From Thermoplasmata archaeon (GTDB lineage: Archaea; Thermoplasmatota; Thermoplasmata; Sysuiplasmatales; Sysuiplasmataceae), in assembly GCA_021817225.1 (NCBI GenBank), contig JAKAVR010000002.1, forward strand, positions 17,240 through 81,239: a stretch of 64,000 nt of DNA. The letters are read 5' to 3'. Shown here piece by piece: positions 30,060 to 39,688 of the stretch (the stretch's first letter is position 1; the number at the start of each line of letters is the position of its first letter). A model generated the notes under the pieces. That model saw nothing but the letters and a program-made list of their open reading frames with translations, did no database searches and was not told where the DNA came from. The translations under genes and the position numbers were made by a program.

Positions 30060-31179
30060 GGCGCGAGAAGAAGCCCTTGCCCTTTTCCTCTTCAAGCTCT
30101 CCAAATTTCTTGAGTATCTGCTTCTGCTCCGCAGAAAGCTTTCTCGGAACGACAACCTTGAGCGTAACGTATATATCGCCATTACCACGGCTGTTGAGCC
30201 TTGGCATCCCGAGAGAACTCATCCTGAAGACGGTGCCCGGCTGTGTTCCAGGCGGGACCTGCAGCTTTGCCTTCGAGACCATCGTCGGTACGTCGACCTC
30301 ACCGCCAAGAGCGGCAAGGGTGAATGGGACTTCAGCGGTGTAATAGAGGTTTTCTCCTTCCCTGTTGAAGACCTCGTGCTCTGTCACATGGATGACGACA
30401 TAAAGGTCTCCGCTTGGCCCGCCGTTTGCTCCTGCCTCACCGGCACCCCGTACGCGGAGGCGCATTCCATCCTCTGCCCCCTTTGGGATTGAAACCTCTA
30501 TGGTGGAAGTTGTCTGCTTCTTGCCAGAACCGCCGCAGGATTTGCACCTCTCCCTGATCACCTTGCCGCTGCCCCCGCAGGTCTGGCATGTCCTCACGGT
30601 AACGAAATGACCGCCAAGGGCAGTCTGCCTGTAACTGAGCTGGCCGCTGCCATGGCATGTAGGACACTGTTCCAGCTTGCCACTTTCCGCTCCGGTGCCG
30701 CTGCATTTTTCACACCTGACATCCCGGGGGATCTCAAGCCGCCTGCTCGAGCCCTTGTACGCCTCATCAAGCGAAATCTCCAGATCATACTGGAGTGACG
30801 CCCCTGTTTCGGGATAGGTGCCACGCCTGCCTGCCTGGCCGCCGAAGAAGAAGTCAAAGAGCGAACCTCCTCCGCTGAAACCCATACCCCCAAAGAGATC
30901 GCTTATGTCCTGGAAGTGTGTGAAATTTGACCAGTCGAAGCCCCGCGACCCGAATGTCACTCCCTCGGATCCGAAGGAGTCGTAGTTCCTCCTCTTGTCC
31001 GGATCCATGAGCACTTCGTATGCTTCGGAGACCTCCTTGAACTTCTCCTCCGCTTCCTTCCTCTCGAGTTTGGAAACGTCCGGGTGGTACTGCTGGGCGA
31101 GCTTCCTGTAGGCCCTTTTTATGTCGTCGGGACTGGCTGTTTTGCTGATGCCCAGTGTCTCATAGTAATCCTTCGTCAT
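30046..31179 (-). CDS. dnaJ: chaperone DnaJ
   Basis: J domain with HPD (YRKLAQQYHPD), a G/F region, and four CxxCxGxG zinc repeats. Confidence 0.9.
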   Translation of the reverse strand: MTKDYYETLGISKTASPDDIKRAYRKLAQQYHPDVSKLERKEAEEKFKEVSEAYEVLMDPDKRRNYDSFGSEGVTFGSRGFDWSNFTHFQDISDLFGGMGFSGGGSLFDFFFGGQAGRRGTYPETGASLQYDLEISLDEAYKGSSRRLEIPRDVRCEKCSGTGAESGKLEQCPTCHGSGQLSYRQTALGGHFVTVRTCQTCGGSGKVIRERCKSCGGSGKKQTTSTIEVSIPKGAEDGMRLRVRGAGEAGANGGPSGDLYVVIHVTEHEVFNREGENLYYTAEVPFTLAALGGEVDVPTMVSKAKLQVPPGTQPGTVFRMSSLGMPRLNSRGNGDIYVTLKVVVPRKLSAEQKQILKKFGELEEEKGKGFFSRLKNT

Positions 31180-31203
31180 CGGGCCCGTACCTCAGTGTCT
31201 GCT

Positions 31204-33069
31204 CTACTTGTCATCAACTATCTTGTAGTTAGCATCTACGTACCCGTCCCCGTCCTTGCCATCCTTCTTGTCGTCGCCGGAGGGTGGGGGTGGCTGCTGC
31301 GACGCTTCTTGGCTCGCTTCTGCCTGCTTCTGGTATATTTTGGATGAAACCTCGTATACCTTCTTTGACACCTGGTCTATCTTGGACTGCATGGCGGCGT
31401 CGTCTCCTCGACCAATAATATCGTCGAGCTCCTTCAGTTCCTTCTCAATGGACTCTCTGTCCTCCTGAGATATCTTGTCCTTGAGGTCTTCAAGTGTTTT
31501 CTTCGTGCTGTAGGAGAGGCTTTCTGCCCTGTTTCTCAGTTCAGCCTTTGCCTGACTCTTCTTGTCTTCCTCCGCGAACTGATCCGCCTCCTTCATCATA
31601 CGATCTATCTCATCCTTGGATAGCTTTGTGCTGGCGGAGATTGTGATCCTCTGTTCCTTCCCCGTGCCGAGATCCTTTGCACTTACGTTCATGATCCCGT
31701 TGGCGTCGATATCGAATGTGACCTCTATCTGTGGAACTCCTCTGGGAGCTGGTGGTATCCCTATCAGGCTGAATCTGCCCAAAGTCACATTGTTGACAGC
31801 CATCGGCCTCTCGCCCTGGAGGACGTGAATGTCCACGCTCGGCTGCCCGTCAGAAGCTGTGGTGAAGACTTCTGACTTTTTTGTGGGTATAGTTGTATTG
31901 CGCTCTATCAGCTTGTGCAGCACTCCGCCCTGTATCTCAACTCCGAGCGAGAGCGGTGTGACATCGAGCAGCAGAATGTCCTTCACTGTTCCCTCGAGTA
32001 CGCCTCCCTGGATTGCAGCCCCCATGGAAACGCATTCCATTGGGTCGACTCCCCTGACAATCTTCTGCCCAAGCATCTCCTCTACGAACTTCTGCACAAC
32101 GGGCATGCGCGTCGGCCCGCCAACCATGATGATCTTGTCTACGTTCTGAGGAGTTATCTTTGCATCAGCCAGGGCCTGGGTGATTGGGTGCCTGCACCTT
32201 TCAATTATTGGTCTGATCAGATCTTCAAGCTTGGCTCTGGTGACTTTCATTGTAAGATGCTTGGGTCCGGATGCATCCTGCGCGATGAAGGGGAGGTTTA
32301 CTTCCGTCTCAACAATTGTAGACAGTTCCACCTTTGCCTTTTCGCATGCTTCTCGCACACGCTCGGCAGCCATTTTGTCGTTGTGAAGATCGACGCCGGT
32401 CTCCGTCTTGAACGTTGAAATGACGTAATCGACAAGCGTCTTGTCCATGTCTGTTCCGCCGAGCTGTGTATCGCCGCTTGTCGAAATCACCTCGAACACG
32501 CCCTGTCCGAACTCCATGATTGTTACATCGAGCGTCCCGCCGCCAAGATCGAAGACAAGTATTTTCTGCTCTTTTTCTGACTTGTCGAGACCGTATGCTA
32601 GCGCGGCTGCAGTGGGCTCATTTATTATCCTCACAACTTCAAGGCCAGCTATTGTGCCTGCGTCTTTTGTTGCCTGCCTCTGGTTATCGTTGAAATAAGC
32701 AGGGACTGTTATCACTGCCTTCTGGACCGCTGACCCGAGGAAGGCTTCCGCATCACGCTTAATCTTCTGCAGAATGAATGCGGATATCTGCTGCGGGGTG
32801 TACTCCTTTCCCTGAATCTTGTACTTGTAATCTGTGCCCATCTTCCTCTTCGCTGCATATATGGTGCCTTCTGGATTGGTAATTGACTGCCTTCTTGCAG
32901 GTTCTCCCACAAGGACACCGTCTTTTGTGAATGCAACTACGGAGGGGAATGCCTTCCCACCGATGCTAGTTCCCTCGGCGCTTGGTATGATCGTGGGTCT
33001 TCCTCCCTCGATTACCGAAGCAGCCGAATTGCTCGTTCCCAAGTCGATACCTATAATCTTTGTCATCAT
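31204..33069 (-). CDS. dnaK: chaperone DnaK (Hsp70)
   Basis: [15 protein letters not shown] and DLGGGTLDV, full Hsp70 length. Confidence 0.95.
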   Translation of the reverse strand: MMTKIIGIDLGTSNSAASVIEGGRPTIIPSAEGTSIGGKAFPSVVAFTKDGVLVGEPARRQSITNPEGTIYAAKRKMGTDYKYKIQGKEYTPQQISAFILQKIKRDAEAFLGSAVQKAVITVPAYFNDNQRQATKDAGTIAGLEVVRIINEPTAAALAYGLDKSEKEQKILVFDLGGGTLDVTIMEFGQGVFEVISTSGDTQLGGTDMDKTLVDYVISTFKTETGVDLHNDKMAAERVREACEKAKVELSTIVETEVNLPFIAQDASGPKHLTMKVTRAKLEDLIRPIIERCRHPITQALADAKITPQNVDKIIMVGGPTRMPVVQKFVEEMLGQKIVRGVDPMECVSMGAAIQGGVLEGTVKDILLLDVTPLSLGVEIQGGVLHKLIERNTTIPTKKSEVFTTASDGQPSVDIHVLQGERPMAVNNVTLGRFSLIGIPPAPRGVPQIEVTFDIDANGIMNVSAKDLGTGKEQRITISASTKLSKDEIDRMMKEADQFAEEDKKSQAKAELRNRAESLSYSTKKTLEDLKDKISQEDRESIEKELKELDDIIGRGDDAAMQSKIDQVSKKVYEVSSKIYQKQAEASQEASQQPPPPSGDDKKDGKDGDGYVDANYKIVDDK

Positions 33070-33084
33070 TTCACCTCTGATATT

Positions 33085-33795
33085 CTAAACTTCATTTCGC
33101 TCCTTGTCATTTTCATCCTTCTTGGGAGGATTTCTTGAAACCCTGACCTTGGCGGGCCTCAGAACTTTTCCGCCCAGTGTAAAACCTCTCTGGTACACTT
33201 CGGTTATCTGGTTGTCCTCGTAGTCCGGGTTTTCCTCAACCACAATTGCCTCATGATAGTACGGATCGAACTTGCCGCCAGTCTGTATTTCTTTCAGGCC
33301 CTCTTCTGCAAGGACCTGGGCTATGTTGTTTCTGATCTTCTCGATACCGGCCCTGAACGCATCATAGCCGCCATTTCCGCTCGACTCTGCAAGGCCCCGG
33401 TCAAGATCGTCAACAACGGTGACCAGCTTCCTCACCAGCTTCTCAACCACATACTTGCTGTAATCTTCTCGTTCCCGTTCAATCCTCTTTCTGTAATTGT
33501 CAAATTCAGCCTGTATCTTCTTGAGGAGGTTCTCATAGTCCCTTATGATCCCTTCCTTCTCCTGAAGGTTCTTCTTGAGACCCTCAACTTCGCCTGCCGC
33601 CCTCTTTTCCCTGACATCCTGTTCCTCAAGCCTCGGTGCGGCCGGCCTCTCGCCAAGTGCCTTCTCCTTCTTCTGCTCAAGCCTTGGGGCTGAATCCTTT
33701 ATTTCATTCGAATTCACGACGGACTCATCGGTGCCTTCCTCTTCCTCTCCAAGTCCGCCCGCTGCATTTGCCTTTTCCGAATTCTTTTCTGCCAT
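33085..33795 (-). CDS. grpE: nucleotide exchange factor GrpE
   Basis: First gene of the grpE-dnaK-dnaJ operon: acidic/coiled-coil N-terminus and a GrpE C-terminal domain. Confidence 0.8.
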   Translation of the reverse strand: MAEKNSEKANAAGGLGEEEEGTDESVVNSNEIKDSAPRLEQKKEKALGERPAAPRLEEQDVREKRAAGEVEGLKKNLQEKEGIIRDYENLLKKIQAEFDNYRKRIEREREDYSKYVVEKLVRKLVTVVDDLDRGLAESSGNGGYDAFRAGIEKIRNNIAQVLAEEGLKEIQTGGKFDPYYHEAIVVEENPDYEDNQITEVYQRGFTLGGKVLRPAKVRVSRNPPKKDENDKERNEV

Positions 33796-33889
33796 CAGTC
33801 ACACCAGCCGGCCTACTACAGCCGTATTGATCGCAAGTCCAGCTTAAATCTCTGCTGGGCCCTCGGCCCATCCCGCAGTTTCTTTCCGC

Positions 33890-35530
33890 TCAGTCTTCTT
33901 CTTCGCCTGGCGAGGGGCCACCCGGACCTCCGGCTCCTCCTCCACCGCCGCTCTTGGAAGCAATCACGTCGTCTATCCTCAAAATCATGACAGCGGCATC
34001 AGTTGCAGATTGTATTGCCTGCTTGTCTACACGGATAGGTTCAAACACCTTCTGTTTTTTCATGTCTGTGACCTTTCCGTTAATCACGTCAACTCCATGA
34101 TACATCATACCATTCTTGTGGCTGCTCCTTAGGTCTATCAGTATGTCTATCGGGTCCATGCCCGCGTTTTCAGCCAGAGCTGTGGGTATGATTTCCAGTG
34201 CGTTTGCAAATGCCTCTATTGCAATCTGCTCCCTGCCTCCAACCGTCGTTGCGTAATCCTTCAACCTCTGAGAAAGCTCTATGGCAGTTGCTCCCGCCCC
34301 AACAGTAAGCTTGCCATCTTCGACCGCTAGGCTGATGACGCTCAAAGCATCCACCAGGGACCTTTCTGCCTCATCCACAACATGCTCGCTTCCTCCCCTG
34401 AGAAGGATTGAAACCGACTTAGGGTTCCTGCACCCGGTAACGAAAGTCATTTCGTCATCCTGGATCTTCTTCACTTCGACGAGTTTCGCGTGACCCAGGT
34501 CCTTGGAGCTCAATTCATCAAGCTTTGAAACAATGGCTGCGCCGGTGGCCCTTGAGAGCTTCTCCATGTCGGACTTCTTCACTCTCCTCACCGCCAGGAT
34601 GCCTTCTTTAGCAAGGAAGTGCTGTGCAAGATCGTCTATTCCCTTCTGGCAAAAGACAACGTTCGAACCTGATTTCTTGATGGAATCAACCAATCCCCTC
34701 AGGAACTGTTCCTCTTCATCGAGAAAACCGCGCAGCTGAGATGGATCCGTTATTTCTATCTTTGACTCGAGTTCAGTCTTCTTGACTTCGAGCGCCACAT
34801 CAATCACCGCAATCTTGGCGTTTTCGACTGTTCTGGGCATGGAGGGGTGCACCGGTTCCTTGTCGATTATCACACCGCTTAAGAGCTCAGTATCTGAGAG
34901 TCCGCCACCCTGTTTCTTGACGATCTGGATGTTCTCCCTGTCTGCTTTGATGCCTTTGTCTCCGTGTTCAGCCACGCTTGTGACTGCATCGACCGCAATC
35001 TTGGCGAGCTTTTCCCTGCTGCCTGTCACACCCTTGGAACTCATTGCCGTTTCGGCAACTGTCTGAAGGACTGCCTTGTCGCTTGGATCGACGGGGAATG
35101 ATATCAACTCGATGTACTCCATGCATTTGGAGGCTGCCTCCTTGAAACCTTTCGTGACAACTGTCGGATGCACTTTCGACTCAATCAGTTCCTGCGCCTT
35201 CTTGAGAAGCTCACCTGCAAGCACAACAGCGGTTGTGGTTCCATCACCGCAGACTGCATCCTGCGTCTTGGCCACCTCGACAAGCATCTTTGCCGCAGGG
35301 TGCTCGATGTCCATTTCCTTCAGGATGGTCACACCATCATTTGTGATTACAACATCCCCAAGGCTGTCGACCAGCATCTTGTCCATACCACGCGGTCCAA
35401 GGGTTGTCTTCACGGCGTTTGCGATGGCCCTGGCTGCACTGATGTTGTTAGCCTGGGCATCTCGGCCCTTCTCCCTTTTTGTTCCTTCTTTCAAAATCAA
35501 AATAGGTATTTGCTGCTGAGCGCCCATCAT
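33890..35530 (-). CDS. ths: thermosome subunit (group II chaperonin)
   Basis: [42 protein letters not shown]. The Gly-rich C-terminal tail [12 protein letters not shown] is typical. Confidence 0.9.
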   Translation of the reverse strand: MMGAQQQIPILILKEGTKREKGRDAQANNISAARAIANAVKTTLGPRGMDKMLVDSLGDVVITNDGVTILKEMDIEHPAAKMLVEVAKTQDAVCGDGTTTAVVLAGELLKKAQELIESKVHPTVVTKGFKEAASKCMEYIELISFPVDPSDKAVLQTVAETAMSSKGVTGSREKLAKIAVDAVTSVAEHGDKGIKADRENIQIVKKQGGGLSDTELLSGVIIDKEPVHPSMPRTVENAKIAVIDVALEVKKTELESKIEITDPSQLRGFLDEEEQFLRGLVDSIKKSGSNVVFCQKGIDDLAQHFLAKEGILAVRRVKKSDMEKLSRATGAAIVSKLDELSSKDLGHAKLVEVKKIQDDEMTFVTGCRNPKSVSILLRGGSEHVVDEAERSLVDALSVISLAVEDGKLTVGAGATAIELSQRLKDYATTVGGREQIAIEAFANALEIIPTALAENAGMDPIDILIDLRSSHKNGMMYHGVDVINGKVTDMKKQKVFEPIRVDKQAIQSATDAAVMILRIDDVIASKSGGGGGAGGPGGPSPGEEED

Positions 35531-35572
35531 TCAATTCACCACTGATTTCTAAGGTGCTTATGTTTGCTCTTC

Positions 35573-35581
35573 TATATAAAA
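35573..35581 (-). promoter_or_regulatory. TATA box (TTTTATATA on the minus strand) for the thermosome gene
   Basis: tatataaaa at 35573..35581, about 45 nt upstream of the thermosome ATG (35530). An A-rich BRE-like stretch sits just upstream on the transcribed side. Confidence 0.4.
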
Positions 35582-35715
35582 CCTTGTTAAGAAATGGACC
35601 CGATCCAGTTTTCAGGAACAGGAAGCGAAAGCAGTTCATTCCTCTGCCCTTGGCGTCAAATTGGATCTGCCACACGTGCGAATATCTTTAATCCGACCCC
35701 GTCTACCGGTAATCG

Positions 35716-36336
35716 ATGCCGGCAAGCGACATTGAAACCATCCACGAATTTGACATCAAGGGCGGGTGGGCAATACAAGAGGGTAAAAGGGTCGATCCAT
35801 TCGACATCGTGGACGCTCTGCAGGGGACGGGAGCCAAGATATACGTTCATGACTTGGATGGCAGGGCAAGAAACAGGCCCCAGCTGGACCTTGTGCAGGA
35901 TCTCAGCCTCGAGGTGGTCCTCTGGTATGACGGAGGCATCAGACAATCCGAGGGAGTGATAGACCCTCTAGTTGCCGGGGCAGAAATGGTCGCGCTGGAT
36001 CCAGCTTACCTGAAAGGAGAAGTCGAGTTCGAACGTGTTTTGAAATTGACAAGCAATGTTTTTCTGGATCTGCTTTCAGAGCATGAGGACAGGATCCCTG
36101 ACTTCAACAAAAGCATCACTTCGGGGAGCGGGATGACCAGACTCCTTTCCATGGGATACCAGAATTTCGTCATACTGCCCGGGGAAGAACTTGCCTTTGA
36201 GAACACCGGCTTTGAAGGGCAGGTGAACCTTTACCTCCGCCAGGGGAGTCCAAACGAGAAGAGCCTTCCCGCCTCGGGGAAAATCAGGGGAATTGTGAAA
36301 GATCTTTCAGAACTGGTGATTGAAGACGAAAGTTGA
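35716..36336 (+). CDS. HisA/HisF-like TIM-barrel protein (archaeal COG1411-like)
   Basis: IHEFDIKGGWAIQ matches the HisA N-terminus (IPAIDLKDGK). IYVHDLDGRARNRPQ and WYDGGIR match the HisA D/G motifs. Confidence 0.45.
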   Translation: MPASDIETIHEFDIKGGWAIQEGKRVDPFDIVDALQGTGAKIYVHDLDGRARNRPQLDLVQDLSLEVVLWYDGGIRQSEGVIDPLVAGAEMVALDPAYLKGEVEFERVLKLTSNVFLDLLSEHEDRIPDFNKSITSGSGMTRLLSMGYQNFVILPGEELAFENTGFEGQVNLYLRQGSPNEKSLPASGKIRGIVKDLSELVIEDES

Positions 36337-36799
36337 ACTGCTGAAGTCGTCGATTGCAGCCATATTCAGACGCAAAGGCAAGAAATACATCACCGACGAG
36401 GAGTTTATCTTTGCAGCATCAATGGAGCTCAGGTGGTTTCCTCCCGCCAAGGCGGCTGCCTTCCTGAAAAATGCAAAAAGGTATGGCCTCGTTGTTGCCT
36501 CGAAAGAAGGGATAAAGCCCTCCTTCGATCCTGACGGGAGTGATATCATACAGGTAATCGAACCTCCGCTGGAAGTTGGAGAGGAGGCACAGAACCCTGT
36601 TGCTGAAATAGTTGATATCATAGGCTCGAAAACAAGAGAGCCGAAGAGCGAAATAATGGCCAGGATCAACAGACTCAAACGAGAGCTCAACATAGAAACG
36701 CAGGCCGCCTCAATCCTCGTTGCTGCCCAGCAGGGGATTGACGTTTCTGGCCTGGCTGCGGCCGCCCTTGAGGAACTCATGGGAAGTTATAACGGTTGA
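36320..36799 (+). CDS. archaeal DUF2240-like protein
   Basis: 159 aa, overlapping the HisA-like gene by 17 nt. The family call is from memory. Confidence 0.35.
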   Translation: MKTKVELLKSSIAAIFRRKGKKYITDEEFIFAASMELRWFPPAKAAAFLKNAKRYGLVVASKEGIKPSFDPDGSDIIQVIEPPLEVGEEAQNPVAEIVDIIGSKTREPKSEIMARINRLKRELNIETQAASILVAAQQGIDVSGLAAAALEELMGSYNG

Positions 36800-37309
36800 T
36801 CATTCCTTCATGAGGTCGCCAAGCGTCATTTCCTTCCTCTTCACAGTGGGCATCTTGTAATCCTGGGCAACGTTTTCAATCAGTGCGATTTTGAGTTGAT
36901 TCTCCAATTTCCTGATTAGTGCATCGTTGGGAACCAGAGAGCCAGACTCCAGCTCCCGTATGACACTCTTCTTTTCATTCAGTTTCGCCGCCAGTTCTTC
37001 CTGCTTCAATCCAAGCGCATTCCTCGCCTGCTGTATTCTGTGTGAATAATCGAGAACCAGCTCACCACCGCGCCGTTCGAGTGGATCCCTCTCCCGTCCA
37101 GCTTCCTTCCTTACCTGTCTCGGTTCGGCACTCGTCGGGGCACGCGGCTGGACGTGGCTCACAGGAGTTCTGCGCATTTCACTCCTTTGAGCAGATTCAA
37201 CCGGCGTGCCAAATCTTGTGCACTCCGGCCCAACAACCAGAATCGCCTTATCCACCTTTATACGAATGCCTTTGCCAACCTGCTTTCCGCACATCTCACA
37301 GATGACCAT
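36800..37309 (-). CDS. mbf1: archaeal multiprotein-bridging factor 1 (aMBF1)
   Basis: N-terminal zinc ribbon (MVICEMCGK...GPEC), a linker, and a C-terminal XRE-type HTH (LGLKQEELAAKLNEKKSVIRELESG). Confidence 0.7.
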   Translation of the reverse strand: MVICEMCGKQVGKGIRIKVDKAILVVGPECTRFGTPVESAQRSEMRRTPVSHVQPRAPTSAEPRQVRKEAGRERDPLERRGGELVLDYSHRIQQARNALGLKQEELAAKLNEKKSVIRELESGSLVPNDALIRKLENQLKIALIENVAQDYKMPTVKRKEMTLGDLMKE

Positions 37310-37513
37310 CTGAAGCCTCCGATTCTTCCTTCACTTCAATTTACTTTAACTCCGTATTTGTATTTCAAAACGACTGGACATTGTGCCCCGGCATAGCGAC
37401 TAAGCTGCCACGGCAATATCGAAAGCACCTGTGCGATTCGAATCACAAAGCTTTTAATTGCTGAATTTCAATTCTTTATCCGGAATTCTATTTAGGGAAG
37501 AGGTGTACAGGTT

Positions 37514-38728
37514 TTGGTCGAAGCCGCAAAAGCGGGGAATGACGATGAGATATACAGGAGGCTACTCCTCCTCGAAGAGAGAAACACGCAGCTGATGGAG
37601 CAGGCAAGGCGCGTGGAGGGGGAGAAAAGATACGTCCAGAATGAACTGGACAGGCTGCAGCGCGAGATCAGGCGCCTCAGGAGCGAGCTTGAGCGGCTCA
37701 AGGCACCACCTCTCATAATTGGCAACCTGAGAGACGTTCTGACCGACGGAAGAGTCGTCGTGAAGAGTTCTACCGGTCCCGATTTTGTGGTCAATGTTGC
37801 AGAAAATGTGGAAGGTGCGAAGCTTGAAGTAGGGGCAAGGGTGGCGTTGAATAAACAGACGCTGGCAGTCATGGGCGTCTTGCCCTCATCACTTGATCCC
37901 ATAGTCACAGGGGCCGAAGTGATAGAGAAGCCCGATGCCACATACGGTGACATAGGCGGCCTTGAAAAACAGCTTCTTGAAGTAAGGGAGGCTGTTGAAG
38001 ATCCTCTTCTCAGGCCCGAACTTTACAGGAAGGTCGGAATTGAACCGCCGAAAGGCGTCCTGCTTGTCGGCCCTCCAGGCACAGGCAAGACATTGATCGC
38101 AAAGGCAGTTGCGCACAACACGGATGCCACATTCATAAGGCTCGTGGGCTCGGAGCTTGTTCAGAAGTACATAGGTGAGGGTGCGAGACTTGTGAGGGAG
38201 CTGTTTGAACTTGCAAAACTGAAGGCGCCCAGCATCGTCTTCGTCGACGAACTTGATTCGGTAGGTGCGAAGAGGCTGGATGTGGCAACTTCCGGTGACA
38301 GGGAGGTTCAGAGGACATTGATGCAGCTTCTTGCGGAGCTTGATGGTTTCAACCCGCTTGGAAATGTCAAGATCATAGGGGCGTCAAACAGACCTGATAT
38401 CCTCGACGAAGCGCTTCTCAGGCCCGGACGGTTCGACAGAATTGTCAGAATTCCTCCGCCGAACCCAGAGGCAAGGATCGACATATTCAAAATACACACA
38501 AAGACGATGAATGTGGAGAATGGACTTGACTACGATGATCTTGCGATCAGGACGGACGGGGCCACGGGTGCAGACATACATGCAGTATGCATGGAGGCAG
38601 GCATGTTTGCCATAAGGGAAAACAGGGACTATGTGACCCTTACAGACTTTGAGAAGGCCATCTCCAAGGTAATGGGTGAGGAAGAGCCGAAGCAGGAGAC
38701 GGGCGAAGCCGGACCTATGTTTGCCTGA
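37514..38728 (+). CDS. pan: proteasome-activating nucleotidase (AAA ATPase PAN)
   Basis: N-terminal coiled coil, Walker A GPPGTGKTL, Walker B IVFVDELD, and the C-terminal hydrophobic-Y-X tail MFA. Confidence 0.9.
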   Translation: MVEAAKAGNDDEIYRRLLLLEERNTQLMEQARRVEGEKRYVQNELDRLQREIRRLRSELERLKAPPLIIGNLRDVLTDGRVVVKSSTGPDFVVNVAENVEGAKLEVGARVALNKQTLAVMGVLPSSLDPIVTGAEVIEKPDATYGDIGGLEKQLLEVREAVEDPLLRPELYRKVGIEPPKGVLLVGPPGTGKTLIAKAVAHNTDATFIRLVGSELVQKYIGEGARLVRELFELAKLKAPSIVFVDELDSVGAKRLDVATSGDREVQRTLMQLLAELDGFNPLGNVKIIGASNRPDILDEALLRPGRFDRIVRIPPPNPEARIDIFKIHTKTMNVENGLDYDDLAIRTDGATGADIHAVCMEAGMFAIRENRDYVTLTDFEKAISKVMGEEEPKQETGEAGPMFA

Positions 38729-38729
38729 A

Positions 38730-39023
38730 TCACCTGACAATCTTTTCAACAACTTCTTTCTCAAAAACAAGCGGGCCGATGTAGTTGCATTTCTTGCAAT
38801 GATATTTCTGGCCCGTTATCAGCCCGGCCTCGTAGTAGAGGTCGGTTGAGCCGCAGGTTGGACATTGCTTGACACGCCTTCGCACTATGCTGACACCGCA
38901 GCTGTGGCATGTATATGTTACCGAGTTGCTGTCCCTGACAACGGCAGTATCGAGCGACCCGCACTCCTGGCAACGATGTTTCCTCACTTTCACGGAGGTG
39001 TCATGAATCTGCCTGTATTTCAT
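38730..39023 (-). CDS. double zinc-ribbon protein (four CxxC pairs), function unknown
   Basis: From the M at 39023: CQEC...CHSC...CPTC...CKKC in 98 aa. The 5' extension of the ORF to 39134 is hydrophobic junk. Confidence 0.4.
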   Translation of the reverse strand: MKYRQIHDTSVKVRKHRCQECGSLDTAVVRDSNSVTYTCHSCGVSIVRRRVKQCPTCGSTDLYYEAGLITGQKYHCKKCNYIGPLVFEKEVVEKIVR

Positions 39024-39169
39024 CTCACCATAAAGTGAACGGACACGTAGTGCGCGAATGACATGTAACATTACCACATTCGATAAAGCAAAATCAAGAG
39101 TGATAATGACCAAGGACTGTTTAAATACCAACAAATGAACATAAGGTAAGCTTTAGGGCGAGGGTAGAA

Positions 39170-39514
39170 ATGCAACCTTTTGAAGCAATGCAGTTGATGA
39201 CGGACGAATATGCCGTAAAAATACTAGTTGGGACAATGAGGAAGCCGAGGACAGCAATAGACCTCTCAGAGCTTTTTGGAATACCAATAGCTGCCTGTTA
39301 CAGGAAGATTCGACTTCTCGAGGAAATGGGCCTGATAACTTGCATAGAGAGAAAGCTTACCCGCGAAGGGAAAAGAATAAGCGTCTACCAGTCGCAGCTC
39401 AAGAATGCCTACATGTCTTTTGAAGACGGAAGGATGAGGGTTCGATTCGAGCTTGCGAATGGAGTTGTCCAGGACTCGGGCGACCAGAGTCTTATCACGA
39501 CTATCACGGTCTAG
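39170..39514 (+). CDS. ArsR-type winged-helix transcriptional regulator
   Basis: RTAIDLSELFGIPIAACYRKIRLLEEMGLI is a classic ArsR/SmtB helix-turn-helix. Confidence 0.5.
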   Translation: MQPFEAMQLMTDEYAVKILVGTMRKPRTAIDLSELFGIPIAACYRKIRLLEEMGLITCIERKLTREGKRISVYQSQLKNAYMSFEDGRMRVRFELANGVVQDSGDQSLITTITV

Positions 39515-39688
39515 TTCGCACTCCGAACCGAAGACCGCATAAACCTCTTCAATCTCCAATTCAAGGAATTTTTCTACCCCGTTTCAGCATTATGGCGTGT
39601 GCTGTCTCCGGAATACATATTCCAGTTTTACGCGACGAAATGAGTTAGAACAACTTTAAGTATTCACGCTAATGTTAAGCGGACCGGA

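Noticed and set aside
38730-39134. Possible IS or transposase zinc-finger fragment
   Set aside because: There are four CxxC pairs only, no DDE or HTH transposase features, and no terminal inverted repeats in the flanks. I kept it as a generic zinc-ribbon protein.
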